From Candidatus Daviesbacteria bacterium (GTDB lineage: Bacteria; Patescibacteriota; Microgenomatia; Daviesbacterales; UBA10151): a stretch of 64,000 bases of DNA. The position numbers were made by a program, and so were the translations under genes. The first letter of the stretch is position 1, and the number at the start of each line of letters is the position of its first letter. Under the pieces are notes generated by a model. The model saw nothing but the letters and a program-made list of their open reading frames with translations. It did no database searches and was not told where the DNA came from. Shown here in pieces: positions 56,654 through 64,000 of the stretch. The stretch is from contig JAUYKM010000009.1 of the NCBI GenBank assembly GCA_030699125.1, positions 6,358-70,357 on the forward strand. The letters are read 5' to 3'.

Positions 56654-58126
56654 TCAATAGTTTAAATAGCCTTGTTGGATAGATTGACCAATAAATTTTT
56701 CCCTATCTAGATTTTGCAAAGTCTCCTGCGGTGCAATTGGTAAACTGAAATAGAATTTAGAACCCTGATTGACCTCCGACTCCACCCAGATTCTGCCGCC
56801 CAACTTATCAATAATTGATTTAGAAATATATAAGCCCAATCCAGTACCTTTACTGGCCTGTTGAGACTTATTGGAAACCCGGAAAAATTTGGTAAAAAGA
56901 TGTGGAATGGCCTCTTTTGGAATACCAACGCCGGTATCCTCAACTGCTGTGACTACTTCAGTGGGCATAACTTTGATAGAGACATTGATCTTTCCACCAG
57001 CATTTGTATAGTTAATAGCATTAGCAATAAGATTATTGATAACCTCAGTAATCCTAATCTGGTCTGCAAATACTTTTGGCAGAGATTCTCGCGGCAGATT
57101 TAAAGTTAAAGAGATGTTTTTCTGTTTGGCCTGATTTTGTAAATCCTCTACTCCTTTTTGAATAATAGGGGTATAGTCAACAATTTCTTTAGAGACAAAA
57201 GTTTGCTCTCGTTCGATCTTATTAACGCTCAATAAATTTTCCACCAATGTATGTAACTGGCGCGCTGAGATAAGCGATCTCTCCAAAAGCTCCAATTCCT
57301 CCCGTAAAACTTTATTTTTATTTTCGTCTATAAAAACTGATAAATAACCGATAATATTGGTCAAGGGAGTTTTAAGCTCATGAGAAGCCATGGAAACAAA
57401 ATCAAATTTCATCTGCTCTAGCTCTTGTTCGCGGCTCAAATCATGCATAATTAATATGCAGTTTAGATTGGTTTGTATACCTTCTGCAATGGGCGCAGCA
57501 ATTAGATTAACTTTAACTTTATTTCCATCACTCCTGATCAGATTAAGGGTTTGGATGGTGTTTGTTTTACAGTAGAGACTGGGTGGTACCTCTTCAGTAT
57601 CAGAGAAAAGGTGAATAAATTGCTCAAGTGGTTTTCCCACCATCTGATCTTGAGATGCCCCAATCATATTTTCAGCCGCTTTATTTACCATAACGATATT
57701 TCTTGACATATCAATTGCTATAATGCCGTCAATAATTGAGGATAAGATGGTAATTAATTTACTCTTGTCAAAAGAAATAATATTTTTATCGTTTTCTAGG
57801 CTTTGGATGGCGTGAGATAGTTTTTCCGCCATTAAATTATAGGAGCGCGCCATCTCTTCAAATTCGTCTCCAGAACGCAAATCAATCCGCATATTTAAAT
57901 TGCCGCTGCTGAAGCTTTCTACTCCCTTCAATAAAGTATCCAATGGGCTTAGTAAAATGAAAAGACTGATAGCAGAAATTAAGGCCACCAGTGTTGCCAC
58001 TCCCACAGAGATAAGGGGATTTGTGGAAGCTGTCAAAATGGCCAAACCACTAGGCAGAAAAATTGCCATCAGAATAATTAAGATCAGTTTTATATGCAGA
58101 ATTCGGTTGTGTTTTTTTTCGGGCAT
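56654..58126 (-). CDS. Sensor histidine kinase (2 TM, HAMP-like linker, PAS, HisKA, HATPase_c)
   Basis: H-box MASHELKTPL, N-box, and G-boxes GTGLGLYISK. Confidence 0.8.
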   Translation of the reverse strand: MPEKKHNRILHIKLILIILMAIFLPSGLAILTASTNPLISVGVATLVALISAISLFILLSPLDTLLKGVESFSSGNLNMRIDLRSGDEFEEMARSYNLMAEKLSHAIQSLENDKNIISFDKSKLITILSSIIDGIIAIDMSRNIVMVNKAAENMIGASQDQMVGKPLEQFIHLFSDTEEVPPSLYCKTNTIQTLNLIRSDGNKVKVNLIAAPIAEGIQTNLNCILIMHDLSREQELEQMKFDFVSMASHELKTPLTNIIGYLSVFIDENKNKVLREELELLERSLISARQLHTLVENLLSVNKIEREQTFVSKEIVDYTPIIQKGVEDLQNQAKQKNISLTLNLPRESLPKVFADQIRITEVINNLIANAINYTNAGGKINVSIKVMPTEVVTAVEDTGVGIPKEAIPHLFTKFFRVSNKSQQASKGTGLGLYISKSIIDKLGGRIWVESEVNQGSKFYFSLPIAPQETLQNLDREKFIGQSIQQGYLNY

Positions 58127-58186
58127 TAGATCTAGCGTACCAGAAGCTTTATATCAGGGTCAAGAAATGTTAGAATTTAGCTTCAA

Positions 58187-58260
58187 GGCGCCATCGTCTA
58201 GTGGTCCAGGACATCAGGTTCTCATCCTGAAAATCGCGGGTTCAAGTCCCGCTGGCGCCG
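58187..58260 (+). tRNA. tRNA-Glu (anticodon CUC)
   Basis: Folded by hand. Acceptor GGCGCCA/TGGCGCC, GTCTAGTGGTCCAGGAC D-arm typical of tRNA-Glu, anticodon stem TCAGG/CCTGA, loop TTCTCAT, T-stem GCGGG/CCCGC. No encoded CCA. Confidence 0.85.
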
Positions 58261-58313
58261 CAATTGACATGATGGATAATTTGAAATAGAATTGCTCAAC
58301 CCTGCTCAAGGAA

Positions 58314-58799
58314 ATGGTCAAACAAATAAAAAGAGCAAGTGCTAAAAGCGAATATTTAACTTCTAAAGGGCTATCTGAAGCCAGAACTGAGCTGGAGCAT
58401 TTAAAGAAAGTCAAAAGAGCGGAAATTGCTCAGAGAATCCAGACAGCCAGAGAATATGGGGATTTAACAGAAAATTCAGAATATGATGCGGCCATGGAAG
58501 AGCAAGCTTTGGTGGAAAACAGAATCTCCGAGCTTGAAGATATTTTAAAAAGTGTTAAAGTAATCTCGGAAAAACATGAGGCTGATTTTGTGGTGATTGG
58601 ATCAACAGTAAAGGTGGAAATGGATGGAGAGGTAGATGAATTTACCATTGTGGGAAGGGTGGAGGCAGATCCTTCCAAAAAGAGGATTTCCAATGAATCA
58701 CCGTTGGGTTCAGCTATATTGGGAGCTAGAAAAGGGGAAGAAGTTGAGGTAACAACACCAATTGTCAGGTATAAATGTAAAGTATTGGAAATAAAATAA
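58314..58799 (+). CDS. greA: Transcription elongation factor GreA
   Basis: N-terminal coiled-coil with the acidic tip REYGDLTENSEYDAA, and a C-terminal FKBP-like domain. Confidence 0.85.
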   Translation: MVKQIKRASAKSEYLTSKGLSEARTELEHLKKVKRAEIAQRIQTAREYGDLTENSEYDAAMEEQALVENRISELEDILKSVKVISEKHEADFVVIGSTVKVEMDGEVDEFTIVGRVEADPSKKRISNESPLGSAILGARKGEEVEVTTPIVRYKCKVLEIK

Positions 58800-58801
58800 A
58801 T

Positions 58802-60154
58802 ATGACATACAGAAAATTTATAATTGAGAAGAAATATTATCAAGAGCTTTCCATCTCGGAAAGACAAATCTTAAAGATTTTAGAAGAGGTAGTCAAGGAG
58901 GTAGGCGAGATATATAGACTTCAACTTAAAGATGGTTTTTATCCAAAAGATATTACCAAACAAGAGTTAGAGAAGGCTAATAAAAATAATCCAGAAATCC
59001 TATCCCCCTTCACCTATGTTAAAAGAGAAAATGGACAGCTTAAAGCGATCCCATACCATAAATTATATGAAGCAAAACTTAAACCCTTAGCAAGTAAAAT
59101 AGAAAAAGCTGCTGCATTTTGTGAAAATAGATTTTTCAAGAACTATCTTCTTGCAAGAGCGAAATCTTTACTTGATGGTAGTTATAGAGAAGCAGATATT
59201 ACTTGGCTAGATGTTAAAAATTCGAAGATAGATTTCAGTATTGGGCCGTTTGAAAGATATCTAGATAAAATACTTTTCATAAAGCGAGTATTCCAAGGAC
59301 ACGTTGGAATTATTAATAAAAATCTAACGATACAGGCGGAAAAGATCAAGGAAACTTTATATAGTAGTGCTAAATTAAGCTATGAAAAATATCATTCCAC
59401 CGATATTCCCAAAAAGGGAGTGAATGTTTTTGTTGAGCAGACGCCGGTAACAGCAGGATACATGTCTGATGTTGTCTTTTCGGGTGAACATTTCCCTTCT
59501 GATTTAGAGATCATGCAACAATATGGCTCCAGAATTTTAATTTATGAGTCACAATTAAAATATAAATTCGATAAACTTCACTATCCAATTTTTAAGATAC
59601 TTTTTGAGAGACGGTTTGCCTCAAAATATTCTAAGGAACTGCTTTATAAAGCCACTGGTTGGACCATTTTACTCTACGAATTGGGCAGGCAACTCCATAA
59701 ATTTTCCAGTGCCAGAGAAAGATTAAAGGAATTATATGGTCCAATTGATGAGGCCAATGGTTTTGCCTCGGGAATTCAACATGCGAAACACCTAGTCGTT
59801 AAAGGATTAATTTTACAAGATGAACTTGAGGCTATCATGATTATCCAAATAACTTGGATGTTTGTCGACTGGTTGCTTAATCTTAAGCAACAAAAAATGT
59901 TTAATTATGTTGCAGGTGATACCATTCTTCTTAATGCTTATCTTAAATCTGGTGCATTGAGAGAGTATGGTGGTATATCCTGGCCTAATTTCTCTAAAAT
60001 ATTCTTTGAAATCGAAGCAGTGGCGGATCAACTGGTTTATCTTCTTCAAAAGGGCAGCTTTAAAGAGGCAGAAAGATTCATTAAGAAACATACAACATTG
60101 GAAAATTTCGAAAGTTTGGGCAGAAATTTAAAATTGATAACCCCAAATATTTAA
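58802..60154 (+). CDS. Large hypothetical protein, zincin-like with a degenerate motif (YELGRQLH)
   Basis: 450 aa. Local similarity to the neighbouring 60210..61574 ORF around the metal-site motif. Confidence 0.4.
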   Translation: MTYRKFIIEKKYYQELSISERQILKILEEVVKEVGEIYRLQLKDGFYPKDITKQELEKANKNNPEILSPFTYVKRENGQLKAIPYHKLYEAKLKPLASKIEKAAAFCENRFFKNYLLARAKSLLDGSYREADITWLDVKNSKIDFSIGPFERYLDKILFIKRVFQGHVGIINKNLTIQAEKIKETLYSSAKLSYEKYHSTDIPKKGVNVFVEQTPVTAGYMSDVVFSGEHFPSDLEIMQQYGSRILIYESQLKYKFDKLHYPIFKILFERRFASKYSKELLYKATGWTILLYELGRQLHKFSSARERLKELYGPIDEANGFASGIQHAKHLVVKGLILQDELEAIMIIQITWMFVDWLLNLKQQKMFNYVAGDTILLNAYLKSGALREYGGISWPNFSKIFFEIEAVADQLVYLLQKGSFKEAERFIKKHTTLENFESLGRNLKLITPNI

Positions 60155-60209
60155 ATTCTTTTCAGTTTATGCTAAAATAGACCTTTCCAAATAGGATAAG
60201 AGGAAAACT

Positions 60210-61574
60210 ATGATACAAGAACTATGTAGATCCTGCCCAGAAAAAACCTCAAGCGGGGTAGTTTTTTTTCCTGGAGTGCTGGAAGAGTTTCCGGGTGATT
60301 TAGGGGAAAAACATATGGCGGTACTGGAAAGTGTCCAGGCAGGTTTCCGAAGACAAAAACAAGTTGGATTTTATCCTCCTCAGATGAGCGAGGAAGAATG
60401 GCAGCGATCAGTTAGAGAAAATACTGATTTGGCTAAGAATAATACCTTAGTTAGAAGAAGCCTTTTAGGTAACAGCTTAACTGCAGTTTCCTATAGAGAT
60501 TTATTGAGAGAAAGTAGTTTTAGAGGAATATTTGATGAAATTGCCGAAGGATTGGTAGATGTAGGCAGAACAGCCCAATCCCTAAGCTTGCCTGATCATA
60601 GTTTGATTGCTAGAGAAGTTAGGGTACTGGCCGATGGTTTTAGGAGTGGGGATACTGATAAGGCAATGGAAGACTATTTAAACTTAAGGCGTCATCCAAA
60701 ATATGGAATTTGGGGTGGATTTTTGGACAGATTGAGTGATAGGGAACGGGCTTTAAAATTTGATTTACAAGCTTGGAGTACAGTTCAAAAGGATTCTTTA
60801 TCGCAAGATTTTAATACATGGATGAGGATAGTCCTTAGAGGTATGGGCAGATATCCAAATAGTGATATTATGATTGTTGATGCAGCCGGTTTTGCAGGGC
60901 TGGGAGCGGTAATGGAGTGGCAGGCTAATACTCAACCGTCACAGCCGGAAATAGGAGAAAGAGTTGGGTATCTGTTAAACTTTTTTGATAATGTTTCAGC
61001 CTACAAGACAAACAAAGATGTAAAGCCTAAATTAGAACAGATTGCTCCTGAGGAGGTTTTTGACAGATTTTCCCGAAACGGTCTTTTAGACAGAGTTAGA
61101 AGAGCAATTACAGCAGGTCACGAGGTGGGACATGCCGCTCATATGATTCCAGAAGGTGCTGATCTTAGGTTAGGTCGTTGGTATCAAGTTTTGAAGGAGA
61201 TGTATTCGGATGCATTTGAACTGTGGTCTGTGCTTAAATATCCAGAGATCGTTATATCAAGAACTCAACTACCATCAGCAGTTTATTTTGATTTGGCCTT
61301 TGACGAATCATCAATTGATAAACGTAGAAAAGAAGATGATATAACTGATCCATATCCATATGCTGCAGCCGCTAAAATTAATACCCTACTTAATGAGAGG
61401 GCAATTACAAGAAGCAGTGATGGTAAATACACCATAAGTGATTTAAATCAAATCCGGGAGGTGATGGATGCCTATCTTAAAGGCTTAGTTGAATTGACAA
61501 ATTATGCAAGTCAATCAGAGCTAGAAAATTTTATTTTGGAACACTCATCTTACCCGGTTGATTTCCTGCATTGA
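60210..61574 (+). CDS. Putative zinc metallopeptidase (zincin, HEVGH motif)
   Basis: HExxH in ITAGHEVGHAAHM with downstream Glu candidates. Amino-acid composition richer in R/A/G than its neighbours. Confidence 0.4.
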   Translation: MIQELCRSCPEKTSSGVVFFPGVLEEFPGDLGEKHMAVLESVQAGFRRQKQVGFYPPQMSEEEWQRSVRENTDLAKNNTLVRRSLLGNSLTAVSYRDLLRESSFRGIFDEIAEGLVDVGRTAQSLSLPDHSLIAREVRVLADGFRSGDTDKAMEDYLNLRRHPKYGIWGGFLDRLSDRERALKFDLQAWSTVQKDSLSQDFNTWMRIVLRGMGRYPNSDIMIVDAAGFAGLGAVMEWQANTQPSQPEIGERVGYLLNFFDNVSAYKTNKDVKPKLEQIAPEEVFDRFSRNGLLDRVRRAITAGHEVGHAAHMIPEGADLRLGRWYQVLKEMYSDAFELWSVLKYPEIVISRTQLPSAVYFDLAFDESSIDKRRKEDDITDPYPYAAAAKINTLLNERAITRSSDGKYTISDLNQIREVMDAYLKGLVELTNYASQSELENFILEHSSYPVDFLH

Positions 61575-61605
61575 ACAATTTAGCTGATTCTCATATACTT
61601 TACCC

Positions 61606-63081
61606 ATGGCTTTGGAGAATTTACAAAAGGAAAGAATTAAGAAGTTAAGAAATATTAAGCGTTTGGGGATAAATCCGTATCCTGCTAAATCCAACCGCAA
61701 GCATACTATTTCCATTGCCCGGAAAATGATGGGTAAGAAAGTGGCTGTGGCCGGAAGGATTAGATCTTTAAGACCTCATGGCAAGATTACCTTTGCCGAC
61801 ATTGAAGATGCCTCAGGCAAAATCCAACTGCTTTTTAGACAAGATTCGTTAAAAGGCGAGAAATATGATTTTTTGTCGAATTTGGATCTTGGGGATTTTA
61901 TTGAATGTGGTGGGGAAATTATTAAGACTCAAGCTGGAGAGATTACGGTTGATATTGATAATTTTTCTCTTCTGAGTAAGTCTTTACGTCCCCTTCCTTC
62001 TTCCTGGTATGGACTAAAAGATGTTGAGGAAAGATACCGCAGAAGGTATGTAGACATGATTATGAATCCTGAGGTCCCCGGTATTTTGGAAAAAAGATCA
62101 AAAATTATTGCCGCCATCCGTGATTTCTTAATTAATAAAAAAAGTTACATAGAAGTTGAATCTCCTGTTTTGCAGCCAATTTACGGTGGGACTCGCGCCC
62201 GTCCTTTTAAAACTCATCACAACAGCCTAGATACTACCTTTTATTTAAGAATATCCAACGAACTTTATTTAAAAAGGTTAATTGTGGGGGGATTTGAGAA
62301 AGTTTTTGAAATTGGACATACCTTTAGAAATGAAGGGATGGATCGGATGCACAATCCGGAATTTACAATGCTCGAAACCATGGAAGCTTATGCGGATTAT
62401 ATGGATAATATGAATTTAATTGAAGAGATGTTTGAGTATGTGGCAAGAGAGGTTTTTAGAACAACTAAGTTAAACTATCAGGGAAAAAGTTTGGAATTTA
62501 AAAGGCCCTGGATTAGAGTCACTTTGACTGATTTGTTTAAAAAATATACCGGCGTTCATTTCTCTGAAATAGATACTTTGGAAAAAGCCACCTCCTTAGC
62601 TAAAAAATTAGGAGTGGAAATAAAGGATTATATGACTGATGGGGAAATCTTACTGGAAATATTTGAAAAAAAATGTACTGATCAGTTAATCCAACCGACA
62701 TTTATTTATGATTATCCGGCAGATTTTTATCCTTTGGCCAAAAGAAAGGAAGATAATTCAAAGTTGGTAGAGAGCTTTGATATATATGTGGCTGGGATGG
62801 AAATGGGAACTAATTATTCTGAGCAGAATGACCCTGAGGAATTAAGGAAAGCTTGGTTGGCAGAGAAAAAGAAAGCCAAAAAGGGCAATCCGGAAGCACA
62901 AAAACTGGATGAGGATTTTTTGCAGGCTTTAGAATATGGTATGCCGCCAACTTCCGGTATTGGTCCGGGGATAGATAGATGGATAATGGTCATGACAGAT
63001 TCTCCCACAATTTATGATGTGATAGCATTTCCTATGCTAAAACCCGAAAAGAAACCGCTTAGAATAAAGGTAAAAAATTAA
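61606..63081 (+). CDS. lysS: Lysine--tRNA ligase, class II
   Basis: N-terminal OB anticodon-binding domain and class II motifs (FRNEGMDRMHNPEFTMLE, GGIGIDR). Confidence 0.9.
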   Translation: MALENLQKERIKKLRNIKRLGINPYPAKSNRKHTISIARKMMGKKVAVAGRIRSLRPHGKITFADIEDASGKIQLLFRQDSLKGEKYDFLSNLDLGDFIECGGEIIKTQAGEITVDIDNFSLLSKSLRPLPSSWYGLKDVEERYRRRYVDMIMNPEVPGILEKRSKIIAAIRDFLINKKSYIEVESPVLQPIYGGTRARPFKTHHNSLDTTFYLRISNELYLKRLIVGGFEKVFEIGHTFRNEGMDRMHNPEFTMLETMEAYADYMDNMNLIEEMFEYVAREVFRTTKLNYQGKSLEFKRPWIRVTLTDLFKKYTGVHFSEIDTLEKATSLAKKLGVEIKDYMTDGEILLEIFEKKCTDQLIQPTFIYDYPADFYPLAKRKEDNSKLVESFDIYVAGMEMGTNYSEQNDPEELRKAWLAEKKKAKKGNPEAQKLDEDFLQALEYGMPPTSGIGPGIDRWIMVMTDSPTIYDVIAFPMLKPEKKPLRIKVKN

Positions 63082-63107
63082 TGACTAAGGATGAAGCATA
63101 TAAATTA

Positions 63108-63463
63108 ATTAGATTATGTCATTCCTGCGAATGCAGGAATCCAATTAACAGATGTATTATTATGTCTATATTTTGGCAAGTGGAATAAATGGCACTTTGT
63201 ATATAGGTGTTACAGATAATTTAGTCAGAAGGGTTTGGGAACATAAACATGATTTGGTAGAAGGATTTACCAAAAAGTACGATATACATGATCTTGTATA
63301 TTATGGGCAACACCAAGACATTAATGAGGCCATTTTAAGAGAAAAACAAATGAAGAAGTGGAAAAGATATTGGAAAATAAAACTGATTAATAAGATGAAT
63401 CCAAAATGGAAAGATTTATATATTTCTATTGTTTAATTGGATCCCCGCCTACGCGGGGATGAC
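63108..63463 (+). mobile_element. 356-bp element with terminal inverted repeats carrying a GIY-YIG nuclease gene as cargo
   Basis: Left end GTCATTCCTGCGAATGCAGGAATCCAATTAA. Right end TTAATTGGATCCCCGCCTACGCGGGGATGAC. Each end is itself a hairpin. A cargo-less copy lies at 56048-56119. Confidence 0.55.
63152..63436 (+). CDS. GIY-YIG nuclease family protein (YhbQ/UPF0213-like)
   Basis: YYVYILASGINGTLYIGVTDNLVRRVWEHK is a GIY-YIG core. 94 aa. Confidence 0.75.
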   Translation: MYYYVYILASGINGTLYIGVTDNLVRRVWEHKHDLVEGFTKKYDIHDLVYYGQHQDINEAILREKQMKKWKRYWKIKLINKMNPKWKDLYISIV

Positions 63464-63469
63464 AGAAAT

Positions 63470-64000
63470 ATGAAGATTAATGATCTTAAAAAGATTTTAA
63501 AGGTATTTCTTACCTTGCAATGGGCCAAGGAGTTGCCCAGGCAGGGATTTATTGCCATGGGGTTTAAAAGAAATGAGGCGGATTCTGTGGCTGCCCATTC
63601 TTTTTCCACTGCCCTCCTAGCTTATTTTTTGGCCAAACAACTACAAAAAGAAGGAAAAAAAATAGATGCAGATAAAGTTCTAAAAATGGGACTTGTTCAC
63701 GATATTGGAGAAACAATAGTGGGGGATGTGGGCACTTTTGTTAAAGGGATGGCAGGAGGAGTATTTAAAAATATAGAAGAAGAGGGGGTAAAAGCTTTAG
63801 TGGATGAATTAGATTCCAAGGATGAGATTATCTCTTTAGTTTCAGAATATAACAGCAGAAAAACTTTAGAGGCAAGGGTGGTTAAGGTTGCAGATAATCT
63901 GGATGCTTTGGCTCAAGCCAAAGGTGTACCTGGGGCAAAAGATGCGTTAAAATATTTTAAGGAGGTCTATCACATTACCCGCTTTGACTGGCACAAAAGG
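63470..64000 (+). CDS. HD-domain phosphohydrolase (YfbR-like 5'-deoxynucleotidase), 3' end beyond the window
   Basis: AAHSFSTALLAYFLA...VHDIGETIVGD H..HD motif. Open to the window end, so not in the ORF track. Confidence 0.6.
   Translation, partial: MKINDLKKILKVFLTLQWAKELPRQGFIAMGFKRNEADSVAAHSFSTALLAYFLAKQLQKEGKKIDADKVLKMGLVHDIGETIVGDVGTFVKGMAGGVFKNIEEEGVKALVDELDSKDEIISLVSEYNSRKTLEARVVKVADNLDALAQAKGVPGAKDALKYFKEVYHITRFDWHKR

Noticed and set aside
57900-58414. ORFs 57900..58289 (+) and 58214..58414 (-) overlapping tRNA-Glu
   Set aside because: The region folds as a canonical tRNA-Glu(CUC). The ORFs are antisense to the histidine kinase or run through the tRNA.
1-64000. CRISPR arrays and rRNA genes
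   Set aside because: I found no regularly spaced direct repeats with unique spacers and no rRNA-like conserved segments. The recurrent repeats are palindromic mini-elements, not CRISPR repeats.

Overview
This is a low-GC bacterial window, and the gene content looks like a CPR/Patescibacteria-type genome, though I cannot confirm that from sequence alone. I recognise these housekeeping genes with reasonable confidence: secD, secF, a CCA-adding enzyme, recJ, aspS (archaeal-type), gltX, lysS, greA, lon, a membrane H+-pyrophosphatase, rpiB, rpe, a split transketolase, a LOG protein, two D-Ala-D-Ala carboxypeptidases, an L,D-transpeptidase, a cyclophilin, nrdR with a class II ribonucleotide reductase and cobO, a two-component pair, and tRNA-Gln(CUG) and tRNA-Glu(CUC). 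Accessory content includes a CsoR-controlled copper cluster whose regulator binds two near-identical GC palindromes set inside perfect TTGACA/TATAAT promoters. It also includes a P2-type ATPase with a YHS-like Cys-rich mini-gene, a secreted lipase-like hydrolase and two zincin-like paralogs. The most unusual features are mobile: two Y1 (IS200/RAYT-type) transposase genes and at least three families of GC-rich palindromic mini-elements. Those elements sit intergenically as terminators, but also in frame inside copA, the P-type ATPase and lon, much like Rickettsia palindromic elements. A GIY-YIG nuclease gene is carried as cargo between terminal inverted repeats, and a cargo-less copy of the same element lies 7 kb away. 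There is also a 1.3-kb island of four small genes with SD-sequestering terminator hairpins and 5-codon mini-uORFs in their leaders. Other sites worth a look are a G9 tract at an ORF junction, a frameshifted glycosyltransferase and a structured intergenic region with a tiny basic ORF. I found no CRISPR array or rRNA gene.
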